DNA of 32,000 bases, taken from contig JAITBP010000007.1 of the NCBI GenBank assembly GCA_031283585.1, positions 1 to 32,000 on the forward strand, in the 5' to 3' direction. Numbering within the stretch: the stretch's first letter is position 1; each line of letters starts with the position of its first letter. The position numbers and the translations under genes are program-made. Positions 1 through 9,061 of this stretch are shown here, in pieces. This stretch comes from Puniceicoccales bacterium (GTDB lineage Bacteria; Verrucomicrobiota; Verrucomicrobiia; Opitutales; LL51). The notes under the pieces are model-generated. The model did no database searches, was not told the DNA's origin, and saw only the letters and a program-made list of their open reading frames with translations.

Positions 1-1271
1 AACCAGCTGCCACGGTTAAGCCTCCAGTTGCTCCATCAACTACGCCATCACAGCCAGTTGCTAATCCAAGGCCCATAACCATCGATATTGTAAAAAATTT
101 CGTTAGTAAGTGTACCTATGTCAATATAACCAATATAGAATGCGAGGAACTGAAAGAATGTGAAAAATCTATAAATGAAAATAAAGATGGCCCACAAATA
201 TTCAAGGCCACATTAAAAAATAATACTGAACCCTTTATTATAAAATCATCCAATTTCTCCAAGGGTGACAGTGGTTTTTTTGGATCAACGCGTATCATTG
301 ACGCTTTAAATAAACCAGGAAATGATATGAGAAATAGCGCAGATTATAAATATCCTACTAAGTTTGGGTTACTCAATAAAAGTAACCCTAACGACATCAT
401 TATTGTTAAGCTATATGAAAACATTGATAATTCTGATGCCGATCTTAACCCAAACTACGACACCGTGTTGCAGTTTATGCCCATGGCAAAAGGAAAACCT
501 GTTTCCCGTATATTATATAATGAAGGCAATAATTTAAGTAACGAAAGCGTAGATACACTTATGAAAATTGGCAGAAAAATTGGTAGTGCCGTAGGCGCTA
601 TGCATAAAAACGAATTTAACCATGGTGATTTACACCTTGGTAACATATACTACGATGAGGTTAGCGACAGGATCAGTATAATAGATTTTGATACTTCTAG
701 GAACGATGATATCAAAAGCCTCTTTTATGGATTATTTGGTGATCTTGAGGATAATAGAAATAAAAATTTTAATCCTACAGCATTCATTTGCGGGTTTCTA
801 GATGAATATTCAAAAATAAATAAGCCCCTCAAATATGAGGCCTTATTTAATAGTGTTGGCAATACAACATTTCTTTTTGTCACTGCAATATATATTTGCA
901 CGCATAAATTCATTGCTCAGCCTAAATTTAAAAAAGATTCAATAGAATTTTATTCAAAAACCGGACCCGATGGTAAATATCCCTGTTTTAATGCTAGCCT
1001 TGCATATAAAATGTTATTCAAAATGGACTATAATTATGGCGATAAATTAGATTTTTTTAAAAAGCATAATGATGCCAATAGGAATAGTGTAGCATCGGCA
1101 TTCTATTTTGGGCTGCAAATGGTGAATGCGATTGAACAGCGCAACCTAAGTATAGAAAAGACAATTGCGATATTAAATAGTATTGCTGCAAGAACATCCG
1201 CAACTGATATTAATAAATCCGATGTTATGGCAAAGCTGGTTAGTGATTTCATTAATCTGGCTAACAACTAA
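1..1271 (+). CDS. Protein-kinase-like (PKL) fold protein, 5'-truncated by the window edge; Pro/Thr-rich linker followed by a kinase-like domain
   Basis: Frame 3 is open from base 3, with no stop before the ATG at 327 listed in the ORF track. It reads PAATVKPPVAPSTTPSQPVANPRP..., then EPFIIKSS (candidate ATP-binding Lys). A catalytic-loop-like HGDLHLGN lies at 621-644 and IIDFD (DFG-equivalent) at 678-692. Stop at 1269-1271. Confidence 0.6.
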   Translation, partial: PAATVKPPVAPSTTPSQPVANPRPITIDIVKNFVSKCTYVNITNIECEELKECEKSINENKDGPQIFKATLKNNTEPFIIKSSNFSKGDSGFFGSTRIIDALNKPGNDMRNSADYKYPTKFGLLNKSNPNDIIIVKLYENIDNSDADLNPNYDTVLQFMPMAKGKPVSRILYNEGNNLSNESVDTLMKIGRKIGSAVGAMHKNEFNHGDLHLGNIYYDEVSDRISIIDFDTSRNDDIKSLFYGLFGDLEDNRNKNFNPTAFICGFLDEYSKINKPLKYEALFNSVGNTTFLFVTAIYICTHKFIAQPKFKKDSIEFYSKTGPDGKYPCFNASLAYKMLFKMDYNYGDKLDFFKKHNDANRNSVASAFYFGLQMVNAIEQRNLSIEKTIAILNSIAARTSATDINKSDVMAKLVSDFINLANN

Positions 1272-1294
1272 TAGCATTAAAGATCAACGCTAAA

Positions 1295-1321
1295 TTGGAT
1301 GGGCCTCAACAGTCCATCCAA
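1295..1321. terminator. Possible bidirectional hairpin between the convergent kinase-like gene and tRNA-Ser
   Basis: An 8-bp stem, TTGGATGG (1295-1302) paired with CCATCCAA (1314-1321), encloses an 11-nt loop. Short T-containing runs flank it on both strands. No strong U-tract. Confidence 0.3.
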
Positions 1322-1378
1322 GTGCTTTATCAATCAATTTATAAAACAAGGACAAATACCTACAAATCTAGCAGCCTC

Positions 1379-1468
<90 letters not shown>

Positions 1469-1561
1469 ATTACCAGTAAACAAGTGAGGTTTTCAGCCAA
1501 TGGGTCAACACGAAAACTCTCGAAATAAAAGTAATTAATATCAACCAAAAAATCCGTAAAA

Positions 1562-1945
1562 TTATACAGAATAGGAATCGATAAGTACAAAGATAGCGCA
1601 CTTAAGTACATTGCAATCAATGGGTTTCTTTAGGTATCCATCGGCACCATAACTCATACATCTACTGGCCATACTTTCAACGGTATAGCCGCTAATACAT
1701 AAAAATGGTATTTTTTTAAAAAATCCTGTGGTCGAAAACCTATTTAAAAAGTCGAATCCATCAAAATTTTCCATAATCATATCGCATACAACAATGTCTG
1801 GCATTTCATTACTGAGACTAACCAGACCATCTTCACCACTTTCGGCCTTGACGACTTCGAATCCACTAAGTCTGAGAAACTTAGTTTGCGTATCTAGAAA
1901 AATTTTATCATCGTCTATAAATAAAACTTTGCTACTCGATTTCAT
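1562..1945 (-). CDS. Stand-alone response regulator receiver (CheY-like) protein
   Basis: MKSSSKVLFIDDD..., phospho-acceptor context DIVVCDMIM, and conserved GADGYLKKP. No output domain. The preferred start (ATG 1945-1943) overlaps the kinase stop by 14 nt. The ORF track's longer start at 1999 lies inside the kinase gene. Confidence 0.85.
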   Translation of the reverse strand: MKSSSKVLFIDDDKIFLDTQTKFLRLSGFEVVKAESGEDGLVSLSNEMPDIVVCDMIMENFDGFDFLNRFSTTGFFKKIPFLCISGYTVESMASRCMSYGADGYLKKPIDCNVLKCAIFVLIDSYSV

Positions 1946-2759
1946 CAGATGATACGATCTGATTGTATACAGGAATACGAACCGTAAATGTGGAACCAAC
2001 GTTTTCTGAGGTTTTTAACGTCACCGTGCCTTTATGTAATGCAACACATTGCCTTATCATAAACAATCCTATGCCTATACCAGATCTATTGCCAATATTT
2101 GAACACCTATGAAACAGGTCGAATAAATGCTTAACCTCGTTTTTCGGAATGCCAATACCCTGATCTACCACTTCTATGCTAAGAACCCCATCACTAACGT
2201 CAATGTGCAACTCAACTTTTTTGTCGTCTTCGGAATATTTTAACGCATTGCTCAGCAAATTGGAGGCTATATGATATATCAACGTAGGATCGAGCACAAG
2301 GTTATATTTCTCGCCCACATTGCTTATCATCACCACACGATTGTTATCAGATACATTATCCACATCCCTTATTACATCATGGAGTAAGGCCACGATATCG
2401 ACCAGTTTGGCATGAAACTTTATCTGATTGCTCTGCATCTTCCCGAGCAACAAGATGTCATCCATCATCTTGGTCATTCGAAGGATACAGTCAGATATAT
2501 TTTTTAAACTCTCGTCGACCTCCTGCCTATTCAACCGATCTCTAAAATTAGCAATCAAGTCAGAAGACGCTTTTATAGTAGCCATCGGCGTACGGAATTC
2601 ATGAGATATCAACCCAACAAAAGCACCTTTTGTCATGTTTGATTCGCGCTCTCTACCAAGATTACACTTGAGATTAGCCACGACCACGCACTGATATACA
2701 ATAACAACTATGGCCAGAAAAAATAAAAATAAACAAAGATCGAACATACTACGTACCAA
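1932..2759 (-). CDS. Membrane-anchored sensor histidine kinase (HisKA + HATPase_c) with no obvious sensor domain
   Basis: H-box SHEFRTPM, N-box SNLLSNALKYS, G1 DQGIGIP, G2 GIGIGL. A single N-terminal hydrophobic helix is present. The start at 2759 is TTG; an alternative ATG lies at 2747. Confidence 0.85.
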   Translation of the reverse strand: MVRSMFDLCLFLFFLAIVVIVYQCVVVANLKCNLGRERESNMTKGAFVGLISHEFRTPMATIKASSDLIANFRDRLNRQEVDESLKNISDCILRMTKMMDDILLLGKMQSNQIKFHAKLVDIVALLHDVIRDVDNVSDNNRVVMISNVGEKYNLVLDPTLIYHIASNLLSNALKYSEDDKKVELHIDVSDGVLSIEVVDQGIGIPKNEVKHLFDLFHRCSNIGNRSGIGIGLFMIRQCVALHKGTVTLKTSENVGSTFTVRIPVYNQIVSSDEIE

Positions 2760-2906
2760 CGATATATGAAATTAGAGATATCACCTGCTGATGGTTATCA
2801 AGGATAATATCCATGCTTAAAATCTTTAACATTTTTTAATCAAACACCGAACCAATAATACTCCGCATATAATTCTACCAGTAGCGATCAATAACCAACT
2901 ATCTAT

Positions 2907-3809
2907 CTATCTCTGTTCCAAAATCTTGAGAATATTACTTTGATCAGAAATACGCTCGATATATTTTTGTGAAAATTCGTCAAGCAAAATTTTTGTGTTA
3001 TCCGGGGCATTTTTATTCCAGAACGGCCCCTCCATTCTGTATATATGCTCAATATCGACATTTCTGTTCCAAATCGGGTAATAAAATACCATGGTTACGG
3101 CATTTTCTGGCCAATTCCGCGGAACGATGCCAGGACAAATGTTCTGTTTCTGAACTTTACAGTCAAAGGAAACCAAGGTATCGATGGGAAGAGTGCCGTA
3201 ATTATCGAAATCTAAGAACCTATCAATCAGAAACAATGAGTGATTTTTTAGCTGTTGATATTGCTTTCCGCTGGCCATTACATGATCAAGCCACCCGGGT
3301 AAAAAACCGAGTTTTATAGCTAGCTTTGAAACAAAAAATTCATCGCATAACTCAAAATACACCGAATAGTCCGAGTCGTTTTTCGCTCTAAAATTATCCA
3401 CGTAGGCTTTCAGAATCCCGGCGAAGCCGCTTGTCAAGGCATCCAGGTCATTAAATCCTTTATTAAAAGTCGCATCCACAGTAATGACAACGACATCCTG
3501 TGGCTTGATACCGTGATCCCTTGTTTTACTCAGCATAATTTTTGGGACCAATTTACCCACCGGTTCACTTGTTCCATCCTCATGGACAAAGTTTATGCGT
3601 ATGTCATTGCAGATCAAAGTACTTCTCGCAGCTTCCAGTTTTCTGATCAAACTCTCCGGAGAGGATTTGCTGTCTAGTCCATCTATCTCTGTGGCCAACA
3701 AACAGGATCTGGGCAAATCAACTTTCAGGTTGCTCATGTCCTTGAGCGCGTTATATAATACGGGCAAAATTTTTTTTTCTAAATTTTCTAAAGAATCCAT
3801 CGAATCCAT
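2907..3809 (-). CDS. Hypothetical protein (300 aa), no recognisable motif
   Basis: Long uninterrupted ORF with normal amino-acid composition. Only short spurious-looking ORFs lie opposite it. No signal peptide and no motif I can name. Confidence 0.55.
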   Translation of the reverse strand: MDSMDSLENLEKKILPVLYNALKDMSNLKVDLPRSCLLATEIDGLDSKSSPESLIRKLEAARSTLICNDIRINFVHEDGTSEPVGKLVPKIMLSKTRDHGIKPQDVVVITVDATFNKGFNDLDALTSGFAGILKAYVDNFRAKNDSDYSVYFELCDEFFVSKLAIKLGFLPGWLDHVMASGKQYQQLKNHSLFLIDRFLDFDNYGTLPIDTLVSFDCKVQKQNICPGIVPRNWPENAVTMVFYYPIWNRNVDIEHIYRMEGPFWNKNAPDNTKILLDEFSQKYIERISDQSNILKILEQR

Positions 3810-3959
3810 TACGGGCCACCCAGCTAGGAACTAATCATACAAAAATTAGAAGCCCGGTCAAGACTTTGTCCAGGCAAGGCATGGGGCAGCCAGGGAACTA
3901 ACATTTCCATTGTATTCCCTAGAATCATCACTGGTTTTGCTCACCGAAACGGCTCTCCT

Positions 3960-4036
<77 letters not shown>

Positions 4037-4049
4037 AAACCAAAACATT

Positions 4050-4135
4050 TGGTGCCCGGGGCGGGACTCGAACCCGCACGTCCTTACGGACAAAGGATTT
4101 TAAGTCCTCAGCGTCTACCATTCCGCCACCCGGGC
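4050..4135 (-). tRNA. tRNA-Leu (anticodon TAA), long variable arm, CCA encoded
   Basis: The reverse complement is GCCCGGGTGGCGGAATGGTAGACGC... with anticodon loop CTTAAAA, an extra arm, T-arm GGTTCGAGTCC, and 3' ACCA. It lies 13 nt from tRNA-Pro. Confidence 0.9.
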
Positions 4136-4201
4136 AATGCGCCGTGAATGATGAAAATTCATCGGCACTTGCAAGAATTTTCACAAACAAGTTTCGAATG
4201 G

Positions 4202-4693
4202 CTAACGCTTCCTCTCGAGAAAAGATTTGACCAGCTCATGACATTCCTCTGCCATGACATTGCCACGCACCATCGGCCGATGATTAATTTTATCGATCAA
4301 ACCGAGATCCACAGCACCACCGAGGCATCCCATTTTTTTATCACCGAGGCCAAAAATCACCTCGCCAATCCTGGACATCACCACCGCACCGGAACACATT
4401 GGGCAGGGTTCCTTTGTCACATAAAGCTTGGTTTCATTAAGGCGCCAATCACCTATCACTTTGGCTGCCTGCGTAATAGCCAACATCTCCGCATGGGCAG
4501 TCGGATCCACAAGCCTGCACACATTATTGTGAGCCGAAGCGATCACCTGACCATTGAGAACTATCACCGCACCTATCGGAATCTCGTCCTCCTGCCAGGC
4601 CTCTATGGCTTCGTTGTAAGCCAACGACATAAAGTACACATCGTCTTTTTTAAGCTGGGATAAAAATTTTTTCTTAAAAGGGCAGTTTTCCAT
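4202..4693 (-). CDS. tadA: tRNA-specific adenosine deaminase
   Basis: CMP/dCMP-type zinc-deaminase motifs HAEMLAI and PCPMCSGA, and a size typical of TadA. The preferred start is MENCPF at 4693, forming a TGATG overlap with the upstream transporter stop. The ORF-track start at 4717 is the alternative. Confidence 0.85.
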   Translation of the reverse strand: MENCPFKKKFLSQLKKDDVYFMSLAYNEAIEAWQEDEIPIGAVIVLNGQVIASAHNNVCRLVDPTAHAEMLAITQAAKVIGDWRLNETKLYVTKEPCPMCSGAVVMSRIGEVIFGLGDKKMGCLGGAVDLGLIDKINHRPMVRGNVMAEECHELVKSFLERKR

Positions 4694-6033
4694 CACAATA
4701 GCAACGCCCCGATCCAACCTAAAACTATGACCGGGATATTAAAATGTATGAACGCCGGAATCGTCGTATCCCAGATGTGATCATGCTGGCCATCGGCGGC
4801 AAGACCCGAAGTTGCACCCAGCATCGTGTCCGACACCGGAGCGCCGGCATCACCGGTAATGCTTGCGGCAGCAACTATTGTAATGGTCGCTAAGGGACTG
4901 AATCCCATTTTCATACATAACGGTACATAGATGCTCGCGATGATTGGAACGGTGGAAAATGAAGAGCCGATACCCATGGTTATGAGCAGCCCGATCATCA
5001 ACATACCAAACGAAACAACGGCCTTTCCGCCGGTTGAGCCAGCTGCAAGCCAATTTACCAACTCACCGATATCTCCTGTGGTTCGAATGACAGCGCTATA
5101 ACCAGCCGCAGCTATCATTATAAATGCCATCATTGCCATCATCTTAAACCCTTGTGTAACAACATTATCGGCATCAACCCAATGGACAACACCGCCCACC
5201 GAAAAGACCAAAAAGCCAACCAAGGCACTGGCAATGGTACTCCTCGTATATAGCTGGATAATCAATGAAACAACCATCGCAATGACCGATACCAGGACAT
5301 TTTTCAATGAACCCTCTTTTTCATTGGGACTACATCGGCTATCGTTCTTTATGACGTTGTATTCACGTGGCTTACAATACATCAGCCAGGATGAAATCAG
5401 ACCAACAATCATACCCAACATCGGGAAAACCATACCAAGCATAAGCTCTTTCATCGACACATCCAGACCGTTCAGGTTGAGGTTATGGAGCAAAATATTA
5501 TTCAAAAAAATGTGTCCAACTCCATAGGGCACAATCATATAGGCCACAATCAACCCAAAAGTTATAACGCAGGCCACCAGGCGGCGATCGATTTTTAACA
5601 TTGAAAACACACCAAGCAATGGAGGTATCAATATCGGTATAAAAGCAATATGGACCGGAATGACATTTTTTGATAGAATCGACATCAGGCCGATGGCCAC
5701 CAGCATGACTACTTTGAATTTTGTGCGCTCGGCGTCTTTCGAAGAAGCATTTTTTGTTTTTACCGACAGAATTATTTTATCCGCCAGCATCACCGGAATC
5801 CCGGAGTGGGCCACCGCCGCGGCAAATGCGCCTAGCATGGCATAACTCAGGGCTATTTTTGCCCCATCGCCAAGGCCATTTGAAAAAATTTCCAGGGTCT
5901 TTTCAAAGCTGAATCCATCCACCATTCCGCCTATTAACGCACTGGCAGTCAAAGAAATAACGACATTCACCCGGGCCATGCTAAGAATCAGAACCAGCAT
6001 AACCGATAGAATGACGGCATTTGTCAAAATCAT
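4693..6033 (-). CDS. Polytopic membrane transporter, Na+/H+ antiporter (NhaC/YuiF-like) family
   Basis: 446 aa and almost entirely hydrophobic helices. The N-terminus (…SALIGGMVDGFSFEKTLEIFSNGLGDGAKIALSYAMLGAFAAAVAHSGIP…) resembles YuiF/NhaC-type transporters from memory. The family assignment is unverified. Confidence 0.6.
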   Translation of the reverse strand: MILTNAVILSVMLVLILSMARVNVVISLTASALIGGMVDGFSFEKTLEIFSNGLGDGAKIALSYAMLGAFAAAVAHSGIPVMLADKIILSVKTKNASSKDAERTKFKVVMLVAIGLMSILSKNVIPVHIAFIPILIPPLLGVFSMLKIDRRLVACVITFGLIVAYMIVPYGVGHIFLNNILLHNLNLNGLDVSMKELMLGMVFPMLGMIVGLISSWLMYCKPREYNVIKNDSRCSPNEKEGSLKNVLVSVIAMVVSLIIQLYTRSTIASALVGFLVFSVGGVVHWVDADNVVTQGFKMMAMMAFIMIAAAGYSAVIRTTGDIGELVNWLAAGSTGGKAVVSFGMLMIGLLITMGIGSSFSTVPIIASIYVPLCMKMGFSPLATITIVAAASITGDAGAPVSDTMLGATSGLAADGQHDHIWDTTIPAFIHFNIPVIVLGWIGALLL

Positions 6034-6090
6034 CAGCTGGACAGGAAGATTTTTGGCCCAAAAGTCAACCAGTTCCTTGACTATTACCTA

Positions 6091-6459
6091 TTATAATATG
6101 AACCTTATCCCGCGAATACTGTCACAACCACCCAGTCCGCCTAGCCGGGAAAGGATCGCCCTGGTCTCGAAACTCAACTCGCTGCGAATCACACTGTTAT
6201 CAACTTTCACGATCAGCGTACCATCGGGTAAAATCCTAACCGGAGAACAACAGCTAAAATATTTATTCCCGATAATAAAAGCCCAGCTATCCACTAAATT
6301 GTTATTTATTGACCTATTAGCGTGCTTCATGAACTTGGCACAGACACGCTTAAGTGCATTATAGACCAAGACCTCCTCACGAAAAAATGCCTGGGACTGA
6401 TCCGTCGGTAGACCACGAAAATCGGCGATCAGATTGTTAATTTTCCTAGAAAATTTCAT
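6091..6459 (-). CDS. DUF721 (DciA-like) protein
   Basis: 122 aa. The C-terminal LIVKVDNSVIRSELSFETRAILSRL matches the characteristic DUF721 pattern. It begins 4 nt downstream of the gltX stop. Confidence 0.55.
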   Translation of the reverse strand: MKFSRKINNLIADFRGLPTDQSQAFFREEVLVYNALKRVCAKFMKHANRSINNNLVDSWAFIIGNKYFSCCSPVRILPDGTLIVKVDNSVIRSELSFETRAILSRLGGLGGCDSIRGIRFIL

Positions 6460-6463
6460 AAAA

Positions 6464-7777
6464 TCACTGAAAAAATTTTATGGCTTTTCTCAGCCTGGCC
6501 AGAACATTTTTTTTCCCAAGGACGGATAGCAATCTGTAAAAGCTTGGGCCAATGGACCTTCCAGAAACAGCAAACCTTACCGTATGGATATAGTCACCGG
6601 TTTTAACATAATGGGTCTTCGCCAACGAACCTATGAGCTCCTCCAAATTTTCCTTGTAATACTCCGTTGTGTTTACAATACCATCGATCACTTCGCTTAT
6701 CCTCTTCTCCGGATTGAACTTAACTAACTTTTCCCTGTCCGCATCATTAAATTTATAGTCATCAGAAAAGAAATAATTCACAAAATTTGCCAGCTCTTCA
6801 AAGGAACGAACCTTCTCCTGACAAATGGACAAAACATCAAAAACATATTCTCTATCAGTGGCTTTCGTAACAATGCCCTGGTCGAGCAGTATCTGGGCCC
6901 CCAGATCGCAAAACTCCTCCACCGGCATGGCCCTTATGTACTCTGAATTTATATGGGCCAGTTTTTTTTCATCAAACCTGGCATTGTTTTTATTGACGTC
7001 CTCCAGCCGGAATATTTTTATAATTTCTTCAATCGGAAGGATTTCCAGGTCATTCTTTGGAGCCCAACCTAGCAGACATAGATAATTTCTGAGCGCCGCC
7101 GGGAGGAACCTTCTTTTCTCATAGTCTTCAACCAGCGCACCCGCATCGCGCTTACTCATCTTCCCCTGGCCATGCTCCTTCAGAATCAACGGGATATGGG
7201 CAAAATGCGGAACCTCAGCGCCAAAAGCTTTAAAAAGCTCAAGGTGCTTGCTTGTGTTGGACAGATGATCCTCGCCACGGATCACGTGGGTAATCCGCAT
7301 GTCTATGTCATCGACGACGTTAACAAAATGGAAAACCGGTGATCCGTCGGACCTGAAGATAACAAAATCCCTATCTTCTTTGCGGGTCACAGGTCCACGA
7401 ATCAGATCATTTATGACCTGCGGCTCGCCGGAGATTTTGAAATAAATCGCTCCATCCTTGGTATAGGCGCGGCCACTCAGCCTGAGCTTCTCAAGGTATT
7501 TTTTGTATATTTCCCCCCGTTGGCTCTGGAAATAGGGGCCAAACTTCTCCACCGCCAGCGGGCCTTCGTCCCAGTTCAATCCCAGCCACCGCAGTCCGCT
7601 AAATATAACATCTACAGCTTCTTGCGTATCTCTGTCCGCATCGGTATCTTCTATTCTCAGCACAAAAGTGCCACCTGTATGCCTGGCATACAACCAGTTA
7701 AAAAGCGCCGTCCTGGCACCACCTATGTGCAAAAACCCCGTCGGACTCGGGGCAAACCTAACACGTACACTTTCCAT
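6464..7777 (-). CDS. gltX: Glutamyl-tRNA synthetase
   Basis: N-terminal VRVRFAPSPTGFLHIGGARTALFNWLYAR (HIGH-type motif) and a KMSKR (KMSKS-type) loop. 437 aa. Confidence 0.93.
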   Translation of the reverse strand: MESVRVRFAPSPTGFLHIGGARTALFNWLYARHTGGTFVLRIEDTDADRDTQEAVDVIFSGLRWLGLNWDEGPLAVEKFGPYFQSQRGEIYKKYLEKLRLSGRAYTKDGAIYFKISGEPQVINDLIRGPVTRKEDRDFVIFRSDGSPVFHFVNVVDDIDMRITHVIRGEDHLSNTSKHLELFKAFGAEVPHFAHIPLILKEHGQGKMSKRDAGALVEDYEKRRFLPAALRNYLCLLGWAPKNDLEILPIEEIIKIFRLEDVNKNNARFDEKKLAHINSEYIRAMPVEEFCDLGAQILLDQGIVTKATDREYVFDVLSICQEKVRSFEELANFVNYFFSDDYKFNDADREKLVKFNPEKRISEVIDGIVNTTEYYKENLEELIGSLAKTHYVKTGDYIHTVRFAVSGRSIGPSFYRLLSVLGKKNVLARLRKAIKFFQ

Positions 7778-7835
7778 CGATATGCGGCCAGAGTATGTAT
7801 CGATATCTGCTCCATCGCAAGAAAATATATAATAA

Positions 7836-8972
7836 TTATTGATATAATTTTACCAATTTGTTCTTAAAATCACAAAACTGCATATTGCGTTGAACCCATT
7901 CGCTGGCGGATTTTGACAGGGACTTGGTTTCGTAACTACTCATACTTACAAGTTCTTGCAGAACAGAATGCACATCCTCAGGCTTGGAAACAAGACGACA
8001 AAATCGCTCACCGGCCAGGTCCTGGTAGATATCATTCCCCTTTGATACCATCGCCGGAATGCCCCTTGCAAGAGCCTCGACCAGAGAATAGTTGAAGTTT
8101 TCATGCCGAGACAGCGAAATATAATAATCTGCCATCGCAAATATCTCCTCTTTCATCTCCAGGTCCGCAAAGCCGGTACACCGGACTTTAACACCGCACT
8201 TTTTGGCGATGGCCTTACACTGGTTAATCGATATATCATCCTCTGGTCCAACAAGAAACAAAACAACTTTCAGGGGAAGCCCGGCCAGAGATTTTATAAC
8301 ATCAATGGGGTTTTTGACCCTATTTAGCCGACCAAGGCACAATATAACCCTATGGCCTTTCTCGATCCCATAGCTAGCCCGAATTTTTTGCCTTTTTCTG
8401 CGCAACATCGCCCATTTACTTTCAAAAAACTCCGTTGGCCAGTACAAATCCGTGTAATTCGCATCCTGAAAAAATTTATTGGCATTGGTCCTTTCGGTCC
8501 TGGTCGCGCAGATCACATGCCTTGCGTTGGCCAGAAATTGCTTACCAAATATATTGAGCCACAGACTCTTACGCATACCTCTATGGGCCCTGACAACTTT
8601 ATCCAAGGCCCCATGCAACACTATATTGTAGGGTATCCCATAGTTCTGGAACACCCTATAAACAAAATGACAATGAAACCTATACAGACAGTGGCAGGTG
8701 ATAATTTTTGCCCTGTTTGCAACATACTCCTCGACTTCTGCCAACCTGGTTCTAGCCACCTGGGCAAATGCCCTGCCAAAGAAGTTGTCATTCGTCCTGA
8801 CCTGATAAATCTCTTTGGCTATCAATTGGGACCTATCAAAGGAATTTTCTCTGGAAAACACTACAACCAAACCACCTAGCGCTGCGGTAAAATGATTCAC
8901 GCTTGTGGTCAATCCACCATCATTGCGCGTAAGACCTACACCAACAGACACATGTTCAGCTGAATATATCAC
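7836..8972 (-). CDS. Glycosyltransferase, GT-B fold (family 1/4-like)
   Basis: C-terminal sugar-donor motif region SRHENFNYSLVEALARGIPAMVS (E-x7-E type). 378 aa. Confidence 0.75.
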   Translation of the reverse strand: MIYSAEHVSVGVGLTRNDGGLTTSVNHFTAALGGLVVVFSRENSFDRSQLIAKEIYQVRTNDNFFGRAFAQVARTRLAEVEEYVANRAKIITCHCLYRFHCHFVYRVFQNYGIPYNIVLHGALDKVVRAHRGMRKSLWLNIFGKQFLANARHVICATRTERTNANKFFQDANYTDLYWPTEFFESKWAMLRRKRQKIRASYGIEKGHRVILCLGRLNRVKNPIDVIKSLAGLPLKVVLFLVGPEDDISINQCKAIAKKCGVKVRCTGFADLEMKEEIFAMADYYISLSRHENFNYSLVEALARGIPAMVSKGNDIYQDLAGERFCRLVSKPEDVHSVLQELVSMSSYETKSLSKSASEWVQRNMQFCDFKNKLVKLYQ

Positions 8973-9061
8973 AATAATTTACAAATAGACCACATCCTAA
9001 TGAAATAAGCAGATACAAAAACCGTTATCTTCTAGGCCCCATTGACTCATTTATTTCTAAT

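Noticed and set aside
4143-4168. Imperfect hairpin GCCGTGAAT…ATTCATCGGC between tadA and tRNA-Leu, considered as a terminator
   Set aside because: The stem is bulged and no U-tract follows on the minus strand. tadA may simply be co-transcribed with the tRNAs.
4148-4663. 171-aa plus-strand ORF
   Set aside because: It is exactly antisense to tadA, which has clear deaminase zinc motifs. The plus-strand product is His/Thr-rich nonsense with no motif.
6464-7777. gltX product (437 aa) looked short, suggesting a truncated anticodon-binding domain
   Set aside because: The ORF is intact, its catalytic motifs are present, and a tightly coupled downstream gene follows. Without an alignment I cannot show that any domain is missing.
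8352-8879. 175-aa plus-strand ORF within the glycosyltransferase gene
   Set aside because: It is antisense to a GT1 gene with a recognisable E-x7-E region. No motif or translation signal.
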